A stretch of DNA of 64,000 nucleotides from an uncultured Gammaproteobacteria bacterium (GTDB lineage Bacteria > Patescibacteriota > Microgenomatia > UBA8517). A model generated the notes under the pieces. That model was not told the origin of the DNA and made no database searches. It saw only the letters and a list, made by a program, of their open reading frames with translations. Positions within the stretch are counted from its first letter, which is position 1. Each line of letters starts with the position of its first letter. The DNA lies in assembly GCA_964600575.1 (NCBI GenBank), contig CAZRJH010000003.1, positions 81,640 to 145,639 on the forward strand, read 5' to 3'. This document shows, piece after piece, positions 47,816 to 58,147 of this stretch. The translations under genes were made by a program, and so were the position numbers.

Positions 47816-48832
47816 ATGAGAATACTTTTTATAAACATATATCAAACACTTGTGTCACGAGGTGCGGAAACTTTTGTGAGAGAACTTTCGCAAAGATTGT
47901 CCGGTGAAGTAGATATTATTTCGGGTAGTAAGCTACCTCCAAATAGATCCTCATTTCTGTGGCGTTTTTTTGTTGACCCAAACGGACTGGCTATTGCTTG
48001 GTTTACTCTTAGAAATATAACAAAAATAGTAAAGGGTAAATACGACATAATTATTCCGCTAAACGGTGGCTGGCAATCTGTGATTGTTAGGATTGTTAGT
48101 TTTGTTACGGGTTCAAAAATGGTTATTTCGGGTCAATCCGGAAACGGCTGGGATGACAGAGTTAATATATGTTCACTCCCTGATTGTTTTATTGCCCTAA
48201 CAGAATATTCAAAGTCTTGGGCAAGAGGTTTAAATAAATTAACACGAGTAGAAAAAATTGCCAACGGGGTGGATCTTAAAAAGTTTACACCCAACGGAGA
48301 TGTTTTTAGGAGCGGCCTCAAAAAACCGGTTGTTCTGGCTGTTGGGGCCTTTACATTGCAGAAAAATTTAGAGGCCGTAATAGAGGCAGTATCACTGCTC
48401 AATAATGTAAATCTCTTATTGGTTGGAGGAAATGGAGATCAAAAAGATTTTTTACAAAGCCTTGGTGTAAATAAGTTGGGGAATCGTTTTAAAATCTTAA
48501 CGGTTCCATATAATGACATGCCCAAAGTTTACCGATCTGCCGATGTTTTTACACTTGTATCTGAGTCGTCGGAAGCATTTGGTAATGTCTATGTAGAGGC
48601 CTTGGCTACCGGTTTACCTGTTATTGCCACAGACGACCCTCAAAGAAGAGAGGTTGTAGGAGATGCAGGCATCTTTGTCGATCCTAAAGATATAACAAAA
48701 TACTCCAAAGCTCTGGAAAGAGCACTGACTTCAAAGAGCAGGCAAAAATCGATAACACAAGCAGAAAATTTTTCCTGGGATAATATTGCAAAGAGATATG
48801 ATGATCTTTTTACTAAATTAATATCAAAATGA
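47816..48832 (+). CDS. GT4 glycosyltransferase
   Basis: RGAETF, NGVD, QKN, EAFGNVYVEALATGLP. Start placed at ATG 47816. Confidence 0.9.
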   Translation: MRILFINIYQTLVSRGAETFVRELSQRLSGEVDIISGSKLPPNRSSFLWRFFVDPNGLAIAWFTLRNITKIVKGKYDIIIPLNGGWQSVIVRIVSFVTGSKMVISGQSGNGWDDRVNICSLPDCFIALTEYSKSWARGLNKLTRVEKIANGVDLKKFTPNGDVFRSGLKKPVVLAVGAFTLQKNLEAVIEAVSLLNNVNLLLVGGNGDQKDFLQSLGVNKLGNRFKILTVPYNDMPKVYRSADVFTLVSESSEAFGNVYVEALATGLPVIATDDPQRREVVGDAGIFVDPKDITKYSKALERALTSKSRQKSITQAENFSWDNIAKRYDDLFTKLISK

Positions 48833-49662
48833 TATCCGTAATCATACCCACGTACAACGAAGAAAAAGATCTAAAAAATTGTATTTTGTCGTTGGGGGAG
48901 CAAACACATAGAGATTTCGAGATACTTGTAGTTGATGACGGCTCTACCGATTCAACACCCGATATGATGAATAATTTGGCCCAAACTCTCCCAGGCGTTA
49001 CTTTTTTAAAACAAAATCACAAAGGTCCTGGAGCTGCCCGTAATTTTGGCGCAGCGAGGGCAAAAGGTGAAATACTGGTTTTTGTTGACGCGGATATGAC
49101 TTTTGATAAAGATTTCCTTAAGAATCTTATCAAACCTATTGGTCCAGAAATCCCGGGAACATTTAGTAAGGATGAATATGTGTCCAACTGGGATAATGTT
49201 TGGTCAAGGTGTTGGAATCTAAACGAAGGTTGGGCTGCAAAAAGGAGGCATCCGGCGACTTACCCCGACCAACAACCGGTTTTTAGGGCGATTTTAAAAA
49301 AAGAGTTTGATAAAGTTGGCGGATTCACACCGGGAGGATATGACGACGATTGGAGTTTGTCTAAGAAGTTGGGATATATGGCCGTTTCCGCACAAGATGC
49401 CCTTTTTTATCATAAAAATCCCTCAGATCTTAAAGAGATATTTAATCATGCCAAATGGGTTGCCAAAAGAAAATATAAATTCGGAAATTTCGGTTTGGTC
49501 ATCGGCCTCGTAAGAGTGTCTTTTCTGATGTCGCTACTTATCGGGTTTTACAAGTCCATAAGGGCAGGAGTGCCTGCCTTTGTGGTTTTTAAAATTGTTT
49601 ACGACCTGGGGCAGTTTGTCGGGATTCTGGATTTTTTGTTTTCTAAAAACGGTTCTAAGTAA
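48829..49662 (+). CDS. GT2 glycosyltransferase with a C-terminal TM region
   Basis: SVIIPTYNEE, VDDGSTD, GPGAARN, FVDAD, YDDD. Confidence 0.9.
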   Translation: MISVIIPTYNEEKDLKNCILSLGEQTHRDFEILVVDDGSTDSTPDMMNNLAQTLPGVTFLKQNHKGPGAARNFGAARAKGEILVFVDADMTFDKDFLKNLIKPIGPEIPGTFSKDEYVSNWDNVWSRCWNLNEGWAAKRRHPATYPDQQPVFRAILKKEFDKVGGFTPGGYDDDWSLSKKLGYMAVSAQDALFYHKNPSDLKEIFNHAKWVAKRKYKFGNFGLVIGLVRVSFLMSLLIGFYKSIRAGVPAFVVFKIVYDLGQFVGILDFLFSKNGSK

Positions 49663-49679
49663 GTCTGAGCAAATTAAAA

Positions 49680-51008
49680 ATGAATATACTTGCTATTTTA
49701 ATATTCGGTTTAGTTTTGAGAATGATAAGTCTAAATCAATCGTTGTGGTTAGATGAGGCAACGACCTCTCTGGTATCAAACATGTCTCTAAGCGATATTT
49801 TTACAAAATTTCTTCCGGGGGACTTTCATCCGCCTTTGTATTATCTTTTGATGAAGATTTGTGTTTTATTTTTTGGAGGTTCCGAAATATCCCTCAGAAT
49901 CCCCTCGGTTATTTTTGGATTAGGAACAATTTTTTTGGTTTACAAAATAGCAAGCCATTATTTTGATGATTTGACTGGCAAAGTAGCAGCTTTTTTAACT
50001 GCAACATCGGGTCTTTTAATTTATTATTCTCAGGAAGCCAGAATGTATAGTCTTGCAGCTTTTCTGGTCGCGCTTTGTTTTTATTTGTTAAGTAAAAGGC
50101 TATATTTGTTGTTTGGAATATTTCTGATGTTACTTGGAGCCAACGACTACGTTTCATTATTGATTGTACCTGTTTTTTGGGTGATTTCTTTAAAAGATAG
50201 ATCTAAATTTTACAAATCTTTGCTTCCGCTTGGTGTCTTTTTTGTATTTTGGTCGACGACCTTTTTAAGACAGCTAGGGTATGGATTAGATGTTGCCGGT
50301 ACTGCTTGGGGGCGAATATTGGGGCCCTCGACACTTAAAAATATATTACTGATCCCCGTTAAATTCGTTTTTGGAAGAATAGGGTTTTCGGACCAGTTGG
50401 TTTATACACTCATTGTTGCCACTACATTTGTTTTTATTATTGCAATTTTCTATAGATCCAAACCTGCCAGGTCTTCCAAAATCTTTTGGCTTTGGCTAAT
50501 TTTACCTACAGTGTTAGGGATAATAGTTAGTTTAAAAATTCCGACCCTAAGCTATTTTAGATTTATTTTTACACTTCCCTCAATGTACATACTTATTGCA
50601 AGCGCCTTGGTTAATTCGGGTAACATTAAAAAACTGGGACTGGTACTTATGATTTGTTTGAACATTGCAACCTCACTTACATATCTTTTTAATTCCAGGT
50701 TTCAAAGAGAGGACTGGAGAAGCGCCGTTAAATACATAGAAAATCTAAAATCGGATAAGTCGATTACAATTTTTGTTTCTAAATCTAATTGGGAGGCTTA
50801 CAGATATTATGCTCCTGATGCTAAAATTGGAAGTTCCGAATCATTAAACAAAGATTATGATCAAATATTTTTGATGAGATATGTTCAAGATATTTTTGAT
50901 CCGGAGGACACTGTTGCCAAAAGGGTTTTGGAGTTGGGTTATAAATACGAGAATACAATAGACTTTAATGGCGTTGTTGCCTACAGGTATACAGGCCAAA
51001 AGCAATAA
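49680..51008 (+). CDS. GT-C membrane glycosyltransferase (PMT-like)
   Basis: SLWLDEA, DFHPPLYY, LRIPS, YYSQEARMY, REDWR. Confidence 0.85.
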   Translation: MNILAILIFGLVLRMISLNQSLWLDEATTSLVSNMSLSDIFTKFLPGDFHPPLYYLLMKICVLFFGGSEISLRIPSVIFGLGTIFLVYKIASHYFDDLTGKVAAFLTATSGLLIYYSQEARMYSLAAFLVALCFYLLSKRLYLLFGIFLMLLGANDYVSLLIVPVFWVISLKDRSKFYKSLLPLGVFFVFWSTTFLRQLGYGLDVAGTAWGRILGPSTLKNILLIPVKFVFGRIGFSDQLVYTLIVATTFVFIIAIFYRSKPARSSKIFWLWLILPTVLGIIVSLKIPTLSYFRFIFTLPSMYILIASALVNSGNIKKLGLVLMICLNIATSLTYLFNSRFQREDWRSAVKYIENLKSDKSITIFVSKSNWEAYRYYAPDAKIGSSESLNKDYDQIFLMRYVQDIFDPEDTVAKRVLELGYKYENTIDFNGVVAYRYTGQKQ

Positions 51009-51025
51009 AGCCATGCTAAAAATAT

Positions 51026-52123
51026 ATGAAAATTGCAATTGATATATCACAAATTGTTTACGGAACGGGTGTGTCTTTTTATACCCAAAACCTTGTTTCT
51101 AATTTATTATCCTTGGATAACCAAAATGAATATTTGCTTTTTGCAGGAGCTTTAAGGCAAATTGGAGAGATAAATAACTTTGTAAAAACCCTAAACGGCA
51201 AGTTTTCGGTTAAGACTCTACCTCTGCCGCCGGTTTTATCCGAGTTAATATGGAACAGATATCACCGCATACCTTTAGAGAAAATTATCGGCAATTTTGA
51301 CTTGTTACATACTTCGGATTGGACTGAGCCTTTTACAAACTTTAATAAAGTTACTACCGTTCACGATTTAGCCCCTGTTTTGTATCCGGGATTATTCCCC
51401 AGAGACTCGGTTAGAAATATCGTTCGAGTTCATACCAAAAAATTAGAATTGGTTAAAAAAGAATCCAAGTTCATAATTACCCCTTCCTTGGCAACCAAGA
51501 ATGACTTGGTTGGTTTGGGTTTTGAATTGGATCGAGTCAGGGTTATTCCTGAAGCCGTCGGCTCTAATTTTGCAAAGGTCGAAGACTCAAGGGTAGAGGA
51601 GCTTAAAAGAAATTACAAAATATCCGGAAGTTATGTTCTGGCAGTCGGAATTAACGCCAGAAAAAACACAAAAAGAATAATCGAGGCTTTTAATAGAGTA
51701 ATGGCCGGTAAAGACTTAAAGTTGGTGATAATCGGGAATGATAAATATTCGGAAATAAAAGATCAAAGAAATGTAAGAGTAACAGGCTATGTTCCAAACA
51801 ATTTGCTCCCAGTGCTTTACTCAGGGGCTTCGGCTTTACTTTACCCGTCATTCTACGAAGGCTTTGGGCTACCTATTTTGGAAGCTTTCGCTTGTGGTTG
51901 TCCGGTAGTTACATCAAATCTGTCATCCATGAAAGAGGTTGCGGGGGGTGCGGCGTGTTTAGTTGATCCCGATTCTGTGGACTCCATAGTCGAAGGGTTA
52001 GAAAAAGTGTTAAGGGGTCCTAAGGCGTTTACGGATGGAGGTTATAAACGTGCTGCCGAATTTTCATGGATGGACACGGCAAAAAAGACATTGGAAATTT
52101 ACAAAGAAGCTGTTAAAAAATAA
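51026..52123 (+). CDS. GT4 glycosyltransferase (MtfB/WbpY-like)
   Basis: KIAID, TGV, TVHDL, RKN, PSFYEGFGLPILEAFACG. Confidence 0.9.
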   Translation: MKIAIDISQIVYGTGVSFYTQNLVSNLLSLDNQNEYLLFAGALRQIGEINNFVKTLNGKFSVKTLPLPPVLSELIWNRYHRIPLEKIIGNFDLLHTSDWTEPFTNFNKVTTVHDLAPVLYPGLFPRDSVRNIVRVHTKKLELVKKESKFIITPSLATKNDLVGLGFELDRVRVIPEAVGSNFAKVEDSRVEELKRNYKISGSYVLAVGINARKNTKRIIEAFNRVMAGKDLKLVIIGNDKYSEIKDQRNVRVTGYVPNNLLPVLYSGASALLYPSFYEGFGLPILEAFACGCPVVTSNLSSMKEVAGGAACLVDPDSVDSIVEGLEKVLRGPKAFTDGGYKRAAEFSWMDTAKKTLEIYKEAVKK

Positions 52124-52124
52124 T

Positions 52125-53240
52125 ATGATTATTGGAATCGACGGAAACGAAGCTAATGTAGAAAATCGTGTCGGAATTAATGTTTACGGTTACGAACTGC
52201 TCTGGGGACTCTACCGACTACAGGAAGAGTGGAAAAATGATCTTGAGCTCATAGTTTATCTTAAAAACGACCCAATCGCCGATCTACCGAAAGAAACACA
52301 AAAGTTTAGATACAAAGTTATAAGGGGTGGGGGTAACTGGATATTTAAAAATCTTACTCCCGAACTGATGTTTTCAAAACCCAAGCCCGACTTGTTTTTC
52401 TCTCCAGGTCATTATGTTCCTGTTTTTGCGACGCAGACTAAGGTTTGTTCAATTATGGACCTGGGTTACCTCGAATTCTCGGGACAATTTAGAAAAAAAG
52501 ACTTTTGGCAGTTAAAGCTATGGAGTGCTATTAGTATATATGTATCAAAAGCGGTCATTGCGATATCAAACAGTACAAAACAAGACATTGTACGACATTA
52601 CCCGACAGTTGAATCAAAAGTTTACATTACACATTTGGGTTATGATAGCTCTAAGTTCAACCCCGACATAAGTCCAAATGATGTGCGACGTGTCAAAAAT
52701 AAGTACTCCATAGTTGATGACTATGTGTTATACATTGGCACTCTCAAGCCTAGTAAAAATGTTAAATCACTAATTCAGGCTGTTTGTCAAATAAAAAATG
52801 CAAAATTGGTGATAGCCGGTAAAAAAGGATGGTTGTTTAACGATATATACGACGAAGTAAAAAAGTTAAATGCCGAGGATAAAATAATATTCACCGATTT
52901 TGTGGAAGAGGGTGATAAACCGGGTTTAATAAAAGGTGCAAAAGTTTTGGCAATGCCATCATACTGGGAAGGTTTTGGCTTGGACGCTTTGAACGCAATG
53001 GCAAGTGGTGTCCCAGTTGTTGTGTCGGACAGAGGCTCATTACCCGAAGTAGTGGGCCAGGCTGGGGTCTTGGTGGACCCGGCGGATGTAAACAGTATAA
53101 GAGAAGGTCTGGAAAAAATACTATTTATGAACCCGAAACGCTATAATGATCAAAAGAAACTGGTTATCAAGCAGGCTAAAAAGTTTTCTTGGGAAGAAAC
53201 CAGCAAAAAAACTTTAGAGATAATAAAAAAATATGCTTAG
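52125..53240 (+). CDS. GT4 glycosyltransferase (MtfB/WbpY-like)
   Basis: [21 protein letters not shown]. Start placed at ATG 52125. Confidence 0.9.
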   Translation: MIIGIDGNEANVENRVGINVYGYELLWGLYRLQEEWKNDLELIVYLKNDPIADLPKETQKFRYKVIRGGGNWIFKNLTPELMFSKPKPDLFFSPGHYVPVFATQTKVCSIMDLGYLEFSGQFRKKDFWQLKLWSAISIYVSKAVIAISNSTKQDIVRHYPTVESKVYITHLGYDSSKFNPDISPNDVRRVKNKYSIVDDYVLYIGTLKPSKNVKSLIQAVCQIKNAKLVIAGKKGWLFNDIYDEVKKLNAEDKIIFTDFVEEGDKPGLIKGAKVLAMPSYWEGFGLDALNAMASGVPVVVSDRGSLPEVVGQAGVLVDPADVNSIREGLEKILFMNPKRYNDQKKLVIKQAKKFSWEETSKKTLEIIKKYA

Positions 53241-53829
53241 AGATAAAAACGGTAAAACTTTGGGGGCGACAGAGGTTGCTCAAAAAGGAATTACTCGTAT
53301 TTACAACTATTTAACGGATTTTGAGCTAATGGTGCTTAGAATCGTCGGTGGCGTTCCGTTTCATTCTTTTCGTAATCTCTTTTATAAAATAGCAGGTGTG
53401 CGCATGGGTAAAGGGTCGGCAATTCATATGTGGGCCAACTTCTTTGAGCCTTCGAATATTTCAATAGGCAGCGATACTATTATAGGGGACCATGTCTTTT
53501 TGGACGGTCGAGCGAAGCTTGTAATCGGAAATCATGTAGATATTGCTTCGCAAGTACTTATTTACAATTCCGAACACGATATAAATAGTTCTGATTTTTC
53601 GGCGGTAAATGCCCAAGTTGTAATTGAGGATTATGTATTCATAGGGCCAAGGTCGGTCATTCTACCAGGGGTTAAGCTTGGAAAGGGATCTGTCGTTGCT
53701 GCGGGTGCCGTGGTTACTAAAGATGTTCCCGATTTTGCTATTGTAGGAGGAGTTCCTGCAAAAATAATCGGAGAGAGAACAAACAGGCACCCATCTTACA
53801 AACTAGGCCGTGCCAGACTTTTCCAATAA
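53233..53829 (+). CDS. Hexapeptide-repeat O-acetyltransferase (WcaF/WbbJ-like)
   Basis: Left-handed beta-helix repeats ([29 protein letters not shown]), [15 protein letters not shown]...GGVPAK. Confidence 0.92.
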   Translation: MLRDKNGKTLGATEVAQKGITRIYNYLTDFELMVLRIVGGVPFHSFRNLFYKIAGVRMGKGSAIHMWANFFEPSNISIGSDTIIGDHVFLDGRAKLVIGNHVDIASQVLIYNSEHDINSSDFSAVNAQVVIEDYVFIGPRSVILPGVKLGKGSVVAAGAVVTKDVPDFAIVGGVPAKIIGERTNRHPSYKLGRARLFQ

Positions 53830-54366
53830 ATGAGAAAATTCTTAAAGTTGGTTTTTTTCTCCCTTTTTGCTTTACTCCTTTTTTATCTAATATTCCCTAG
53901 TCCCGAGTTTCCAAAGCCTTTGCCTGATTCTATTCAATCACACGAACCCGCCGACATCGAAACGCCTTTTAGGAGGGCATATTTTACTAACTACGGAAGA
54001 CAGGAGGTTGTAGATTGGTATACTTCGGAGTTCAATAAGCCTACAATTTTCAATATAAAGTTTAGTTCGATAAGACTAAATTACGGTCCGGAAGAAGCGG
54101 GTACTATTATAAGAGATCAAACAAGGAGTACTTTCTTGGAAGAAGTCGCCCACCCGTTAAGAGAAAGTATTTATATTAATGGTTTCGAGCCTAAAGATCC
54201 CAAAGACGAAATATTCATTGAAAATCGGCATTGGAAACAAAAGATAATAGTTAGACATGTACAAAGTTCGGCTTTGGCTCGTTTGTTGGTGTTTGCCGGA
54301 TTAGTTGTTTCAACCATTCTGATTGAACAGGCTGTAACCGGTTTGGTGAAAAAAGGTAAAAAATGA
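53830..54366 (+). CDS. Hypothetical protein with N- and C-terminal TM segments
   Basis: 178 aa; abuts the upstream stop; hydrophobic termini enclose a roughly 125-aa soluble domain. Confidence 0.75.
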   Translation: MRKFLKLVFFSLFALLLFYLIFPSPEFPKPLPDSIQSHEPADIETPFRRAYFTNYGRQEVVDWYTSEFNKPTIFNIKFSSIRLNYGPEEAGTIIRDQTRSTFLEEVAHPLRESIYINGFEPKDPKDEIFIENRHWKQKIIVRHVQSSALARLLVFAGLVVSTILIEQAVTGLVKKGKK

Positions 54367-54368
54367 TT

Positions 54369-54377
54369 TGATATAAT
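54369..54377 (+). promoter_or_regulatory. Consensus extended -10 element (TGnTATAAT), leaderless-type
   Basis: TGATATAAT followed by 6 nt and then ATG 54384. Confidence 0.68.
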
Positions 54378-54383
54378 TTCAAT

Positions 54384-55310
54384 ATGAAAAATCCCGACAT
54401 TTCGATCGTAATAGTTTCCACAAATATAGAGGACTTACTGAGAAAGTGTTTAAAGTCCTTGGTTCCCGCACTCAAAAGCATTAGTTCGGAGGTCATCGTT
54501 GTAGATAACGCCTCAAAAGACAAAACTCCGGATATGGTTGCAAAGGAGTTTCCCTGGGTAAAGCTCATAAGAAAACACGAGAATAGAGGTTTTGGAGCCA
54601 ATAATAATTTTGGAATGAAGGTTGCTAAAGGTCGGTATGTGCTTTTATTAAATTCCGATACCGAAATAATTGATAAAAATATTTTTAAAGAAATGATTGA
54701 ATGGATGGACTCCCATGCCGATGTGGGTGTTACAACTTCCGCATTGGTAAACCCTGATAGAAAGACCTACCAAGGTTCCGGCGGTTCTTTCCCGGATCTT
54801 CTTCGTGTTTTTGCTTGGATGTTTTTTATAGACGATATTCCCGGGCTTGATAACTTAATTAAGCCGTATCATCCGCTTCACGGTTTTTCTCCGTTAAATA
54901 CCAATGAGGATTATTTCAAAAAAGAGCACGAACAAGATTGGTTAACGGGCGCCTTTTATATGATGAGAAAAACGGCAATGGACGAGTCGGGGTTGTTTGA
55001 CGAAGACTTCTTTTTATATGTAGAAGAAGTCGAACTTTCCTATAGATTCAAAAAGAACGGTTGGAGATTGTGGTATTTGCCAAAGTGGAAGATTGTACAT
55101 TACGGAATGGTGACAAACGGAAGCGAAAAAGCGATGATTTTTGAAATGCAGAACATAAAGCTGCTTTACAAAAAACATATGCCGGGATGGCAGTTACCAA
55201 TACTTACTTTGATTCTCAAACTAGGGGCTCTTATCAGAATTGCGATTTTTGGAATTCTTAGCGGTCCCAAAGTCGCAAAAATATATGCAAAAGCGTTCAT
55301 GGCTATTTGA
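54384..55310 (+). CDS. GT2 glycosyltransferase (WbbL-like)
   Basis: ISIVIV, VDNASKD, NRGFGANNN, LLNSD, FDEDFFLYVEEVEL. Confidence 0.9.
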   Translation: MKNPDISIVIVSTNIEDLLRKCLKSLVPALKSISSEVIVVDNASKDKTPDMVAKEFPWVKLIRKHENRGFGANNNFGMKVAKGRYVLLLNSDTEIIDKNIFKEMIEWMDSHADVGVTTSALVNPDRKTYQGSGGSFPDLLRVFAWMFFIDDIPGLDNLIKPYHPLHGFSPLNTNEDYFKKEHEQDWLTGAFYMMRKTAMDESGLFDEDFFLYVEEVELSYRFKKNGWRLWYLPKWKIVHYGMVTNGSEKAMIFEMQNIKLLYKKHMPGWQLPILTLILKLGALIRIAIFGILSGPKVAKIYAKAFMAI

Positions 55311-56679
55311 GAAAGCGGCCAAATATCTGTTGGCTGCCGTTTTGGTGATAGTTCCACTTTTCCCTAAATTTCCTTTAATCACCGTAGGCGGGACATATGT
55401 TGCTGTAAGGTTCGAAGATTTATTAATTCTAGTCTTGGGGATTTTGGTTGGAATCAACTTTGTTTTAAATATTAAAACTTACCTCAAGCAAAAACTGTTC
55501 TTTGCCATAGCCGTTTTCTTTTTTGTAGGAATGTTGTCAACCGTAAGTGCCGCTTTTTTAACCCAAACAATTTCTCTCAAAATTGGACTTCTCCATTTAT
55601 TTAGAAGACTTGAGTATTTAATACCTTTTTTTGCTGTTTTAACTCTCTTACCAAAACAAAAAGCAAGCGAATATTTTAACTTTTATCTAAAGATTTTGGT
55701 AATAGTTACAGCTGTCGCCTTTGTTTACGGTTTTGGCCAAAGATACTTTCGTTTTCCGATAATAATTACACAAAACGAGGAATACTCAAAAGGTGTGGCA
55801 TTGTTTTGGACACCCGGTAGTCATATCAACTCTACTTTTGCTGGGCATTATGACGAGGCTGCCGTTATGGTTCTTCTTTTGTCTATTTTTCTTGCGCTAT
55901 ATCCGTCAGTTAAGGAATTTTGGTCCAAACTTAGCTTGGCCTGCGCATCATTAATGGGAATTTGGCTTCTGGTAAATTCTCTTTCCAGAATTGCGCAGGT
56001 TTCTTATCTTGTTGCAGTCAGCGTCCCTTTGATACTGTCAAAAAAGTTTAAATTTTTGGGTTTTGTGGCATTTGTAAGCCTTTTAATAATAGGATCTTCG
56101 TCTGGTCTGGCCGGCCGATTTTCAAGAATAATAGAAGTTTTTTACAAAAAAATATCGATCGGAAGCCCGATCAGCTATATTAATCAGGCCTTTATTGTTA
56201 ACGCCGCCGATACAACACTTCCCTTAAAAAGAGATAGTGCAACTCCCACGCCCACTCCCGTTCCGGTATTTGAAGACAGATCAACTTCTATAAGGCTGAA
56301 TGTCGAGTGGCCGAGAGCAATACGGGCTTTTAATAAAAACATATTTTTAGGAACAGGTTACTCTTCTATAAATCTGGCCACTGACAACGACTACCTGCGT
56401 CTCCTTGGGGAAACCGGTATTTTTGGCTTTACTTCGTTTTGGATTATTATTTTCTATCTTGGTTCGGAATTTTTTGAATTCTATAAAAATAGAGCCAAAT
56501 TCGAAGAGAATAAGCGAATGTTTATATTTGCCGTTATCGGGGGCGCTTTGGGAACATTCTTGAGCGTTTTATTTCTTGACCTTTTTGAAGCTTCTAAATT
56601 TGCATTGTTATTCTGGTTTTTGATTGGTTTCTCAATATACTTAAAGCGGTCAGTGCTTTCCGATTATGAAAACATATAA
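55285..56679 (+). CDS. O-antigen ligase / Wzy_C-like membrane protein
   Basis: STFAGHY, SLSR, DRSTSIR...W...FLGTGY...DNDYLRLLGETGIFG; multi-TM. Start placed at ATG 55285. Confidence 0.8.
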   Translation: MQKRSWLFEKAAKYLLAAVLVIVPLFPKFPLITVGGTYVAVRFEDLLILVLGILVGINFVLNIKTYLKQKLFFAIAVFFFVGMLSTVSAAFLTQTISLKIGLLHLFRRLEYLIPFFAVLTLLPKQKASEYFNFYLKILVIVTAVAFVYGFGQRYFRFPIIITQNEEYSKGVALFWTPGSHINSTFAGHYDEAAVMVLLLSIFLALYPSVKEFWSKLSLACASLMGIWLLVNSLSRIAQVSYLVAVSVPLILSKKFKFLGFVAFVSLLIIGSSSGLAGRFSRIIEVFYKKISIGSPISYINQAFIVNAADTTLPLKRDSATPTPTPVPVFEDRSTSIRLNVEWPRAIRAFNKNIFLGTGYSSINLATDNDYLRLLGETGIFGFTSFWIIIFYLGSEFFEFYKNRAKFEENKRMFIFAVIGGALGTFLSVLFLDLFEASKFALLFWFLIGFSIYLKRSVLSDYENI

Positions 56680-58147
56680 CAAATTATTAAAATTCATTAA
56701 TACGGGTTTTTTTGAATACGCACTACTTTTTATTGTTTTGATTTTCGGTTTTGCAATAAGGCTTTACAAGGTAGATAACCCCATAGCCGATTGGCACTCC
56801 TGGAGACAGGCGGACACTGCAAGTGTCACAAGGTCTTTTATAAAAGAAGGAATCAGCTTTTTGTATCCAACTTACCATGATATCTCAAGTATCCAAACGG
56901 GTATATTTAACCCTAACGGATACAGAATGGTCGAGTTACCAATTTATAACGCCGCACATGCAGTTCTTGCTAAAAATTTACCTTTTTTGAGTTTGGAGAT
57001 TTGGGGTAGAGTTTTGACTATAACAATTGCGGTGATAACGGCACTTTTTTTGTATTTAATAGGAAAAAGACTTTTAAACAAATGGGGCGGACTTCTAGCG
57101 TGTTTTTTCTATCTTTTTATACCTTTTAACATTTATTTTACAAGGGTAATACTTCCGGATCCGTTGGGAGTGATGTTCGGAGTGGTTTCCGTTTGGGCTT
57201 TTTTGGTCTACACACAAAGTCTTAAAACTTTATTTTTCTACACATCGGCGGTATTTATGTCGTTTACTTTTTTGATTAAGCCCTACCTGGCTTTTTATAT
57301 GTTTCCGATTTTTTATTTAACTTTCCAAAAATTCGGTTTTAAACAAATATTTAAAGATAAAAAACTTTTGAACAAATTTATTATTTATGCATTGATTTCT
57401 CTTGTTCCGTTTTTGGTTTATAGGGCTTGGGAGGCAAGGTTCCCTGAAGGAATCCCTTTTTATAAATGGGCGTTTAATGGTAACGGAATAAGATTCAAAC
57501 CTTCATTTTGGTATTGGATTTTTGGTCAGAGGCTATCTCATTTGATTTTGGGAGGGCTGGGTATAATTCCGTTTGTATTTGGAGTTTTTAACACCAAAGT
57601 AAAAAACCAATTTATCAGTTATTTTCTTTTGGGAGCGTTTGTTTATATAACTTTGGTTGCCAATGCCAATGTAATGCATGACTATTATCAAATTCCCGTA
57701 ATTCCCGTTATCGCACTGGCACTTGCTTCGGGTTCAATTTATTTGTGGGAGGGTGGCGGGTTCAATAAAATTCTTACCAGGTTAACACTTTTAATATCAA
57801 TCGGAGTTATGTTGATAACCGGATGGAGTCTGATAAAAGACAATTACAATGTTAATCATCCCGAGATTATTGCTGCAGGCAATAGAGTAGACAAAATTAC
57901 CCCCAAAGACGCCTTAATACTGGCACCATACAATGGTGACACAGCCTTTTTATATCAGACAAAAAGAAACGGATGGCCGGCGGTTGATGATTCAATAGAG
58001 AATATTATTAAAAAAGGAGCTTCGTTTTACGCATCGGTGGACTTGGGTAGTCCGGACACTAGATTGGTTGAGTCGGAATATAAGACTTTGGAAAAGACTG
58101 ATAAATTTATAATAATCGATCTTCGTGCACCCTTAAAAACAAAATGA
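56666..58147 (+). CDS. GT-C membrane glycosyltransferase (ArnT-like)
   Basis: HSWRQADTASVTR, ELPIY, YFTRVILPD, IKP, HDYYQ. Confidence 0.8.
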   Translation: MKTYNKLLKFINTGFFEYALLFIVLIFGFAIRLYKVDNPIADWHSWRQADTASVTRSFIKEGISFLYPTYHDISSIQTGIFNPNGYRMVELPIYNAAHAVLAKNLPFLSLEIWGRVLTITIAVITALFLYLIGKRLLNKWGGLLACFFYLFIPFNIYFTRVILPDPLGVMFGVVSVWAFLVYTQSLKTLFFYTSAVFMSFTFLIKPYLAFYMFPIFYLTFQKFGFKQIFKDKKLLNKFIIYALISLVPFLVYRAWEARFPEGIPFYKWAFNGNGIRFKPSFWYWIFGQRLSHLILGGLGIIPFVFGVFNTKVKNQFISYFLLGAFVYITLVANANVMHDYYQIPVIPVIALALASGSIYLWEGGGFNKILTRLTLLISIGVMLITGWSLIKDNYNVNHPEIIAAGNRVDKITPKDALILAPYNGDTAFLYQTKRNGWPAVDDSIENIIKKGASFYASVDLGSPDTRLVESEYKTLEKTDKFIIIDLRAPLKTK

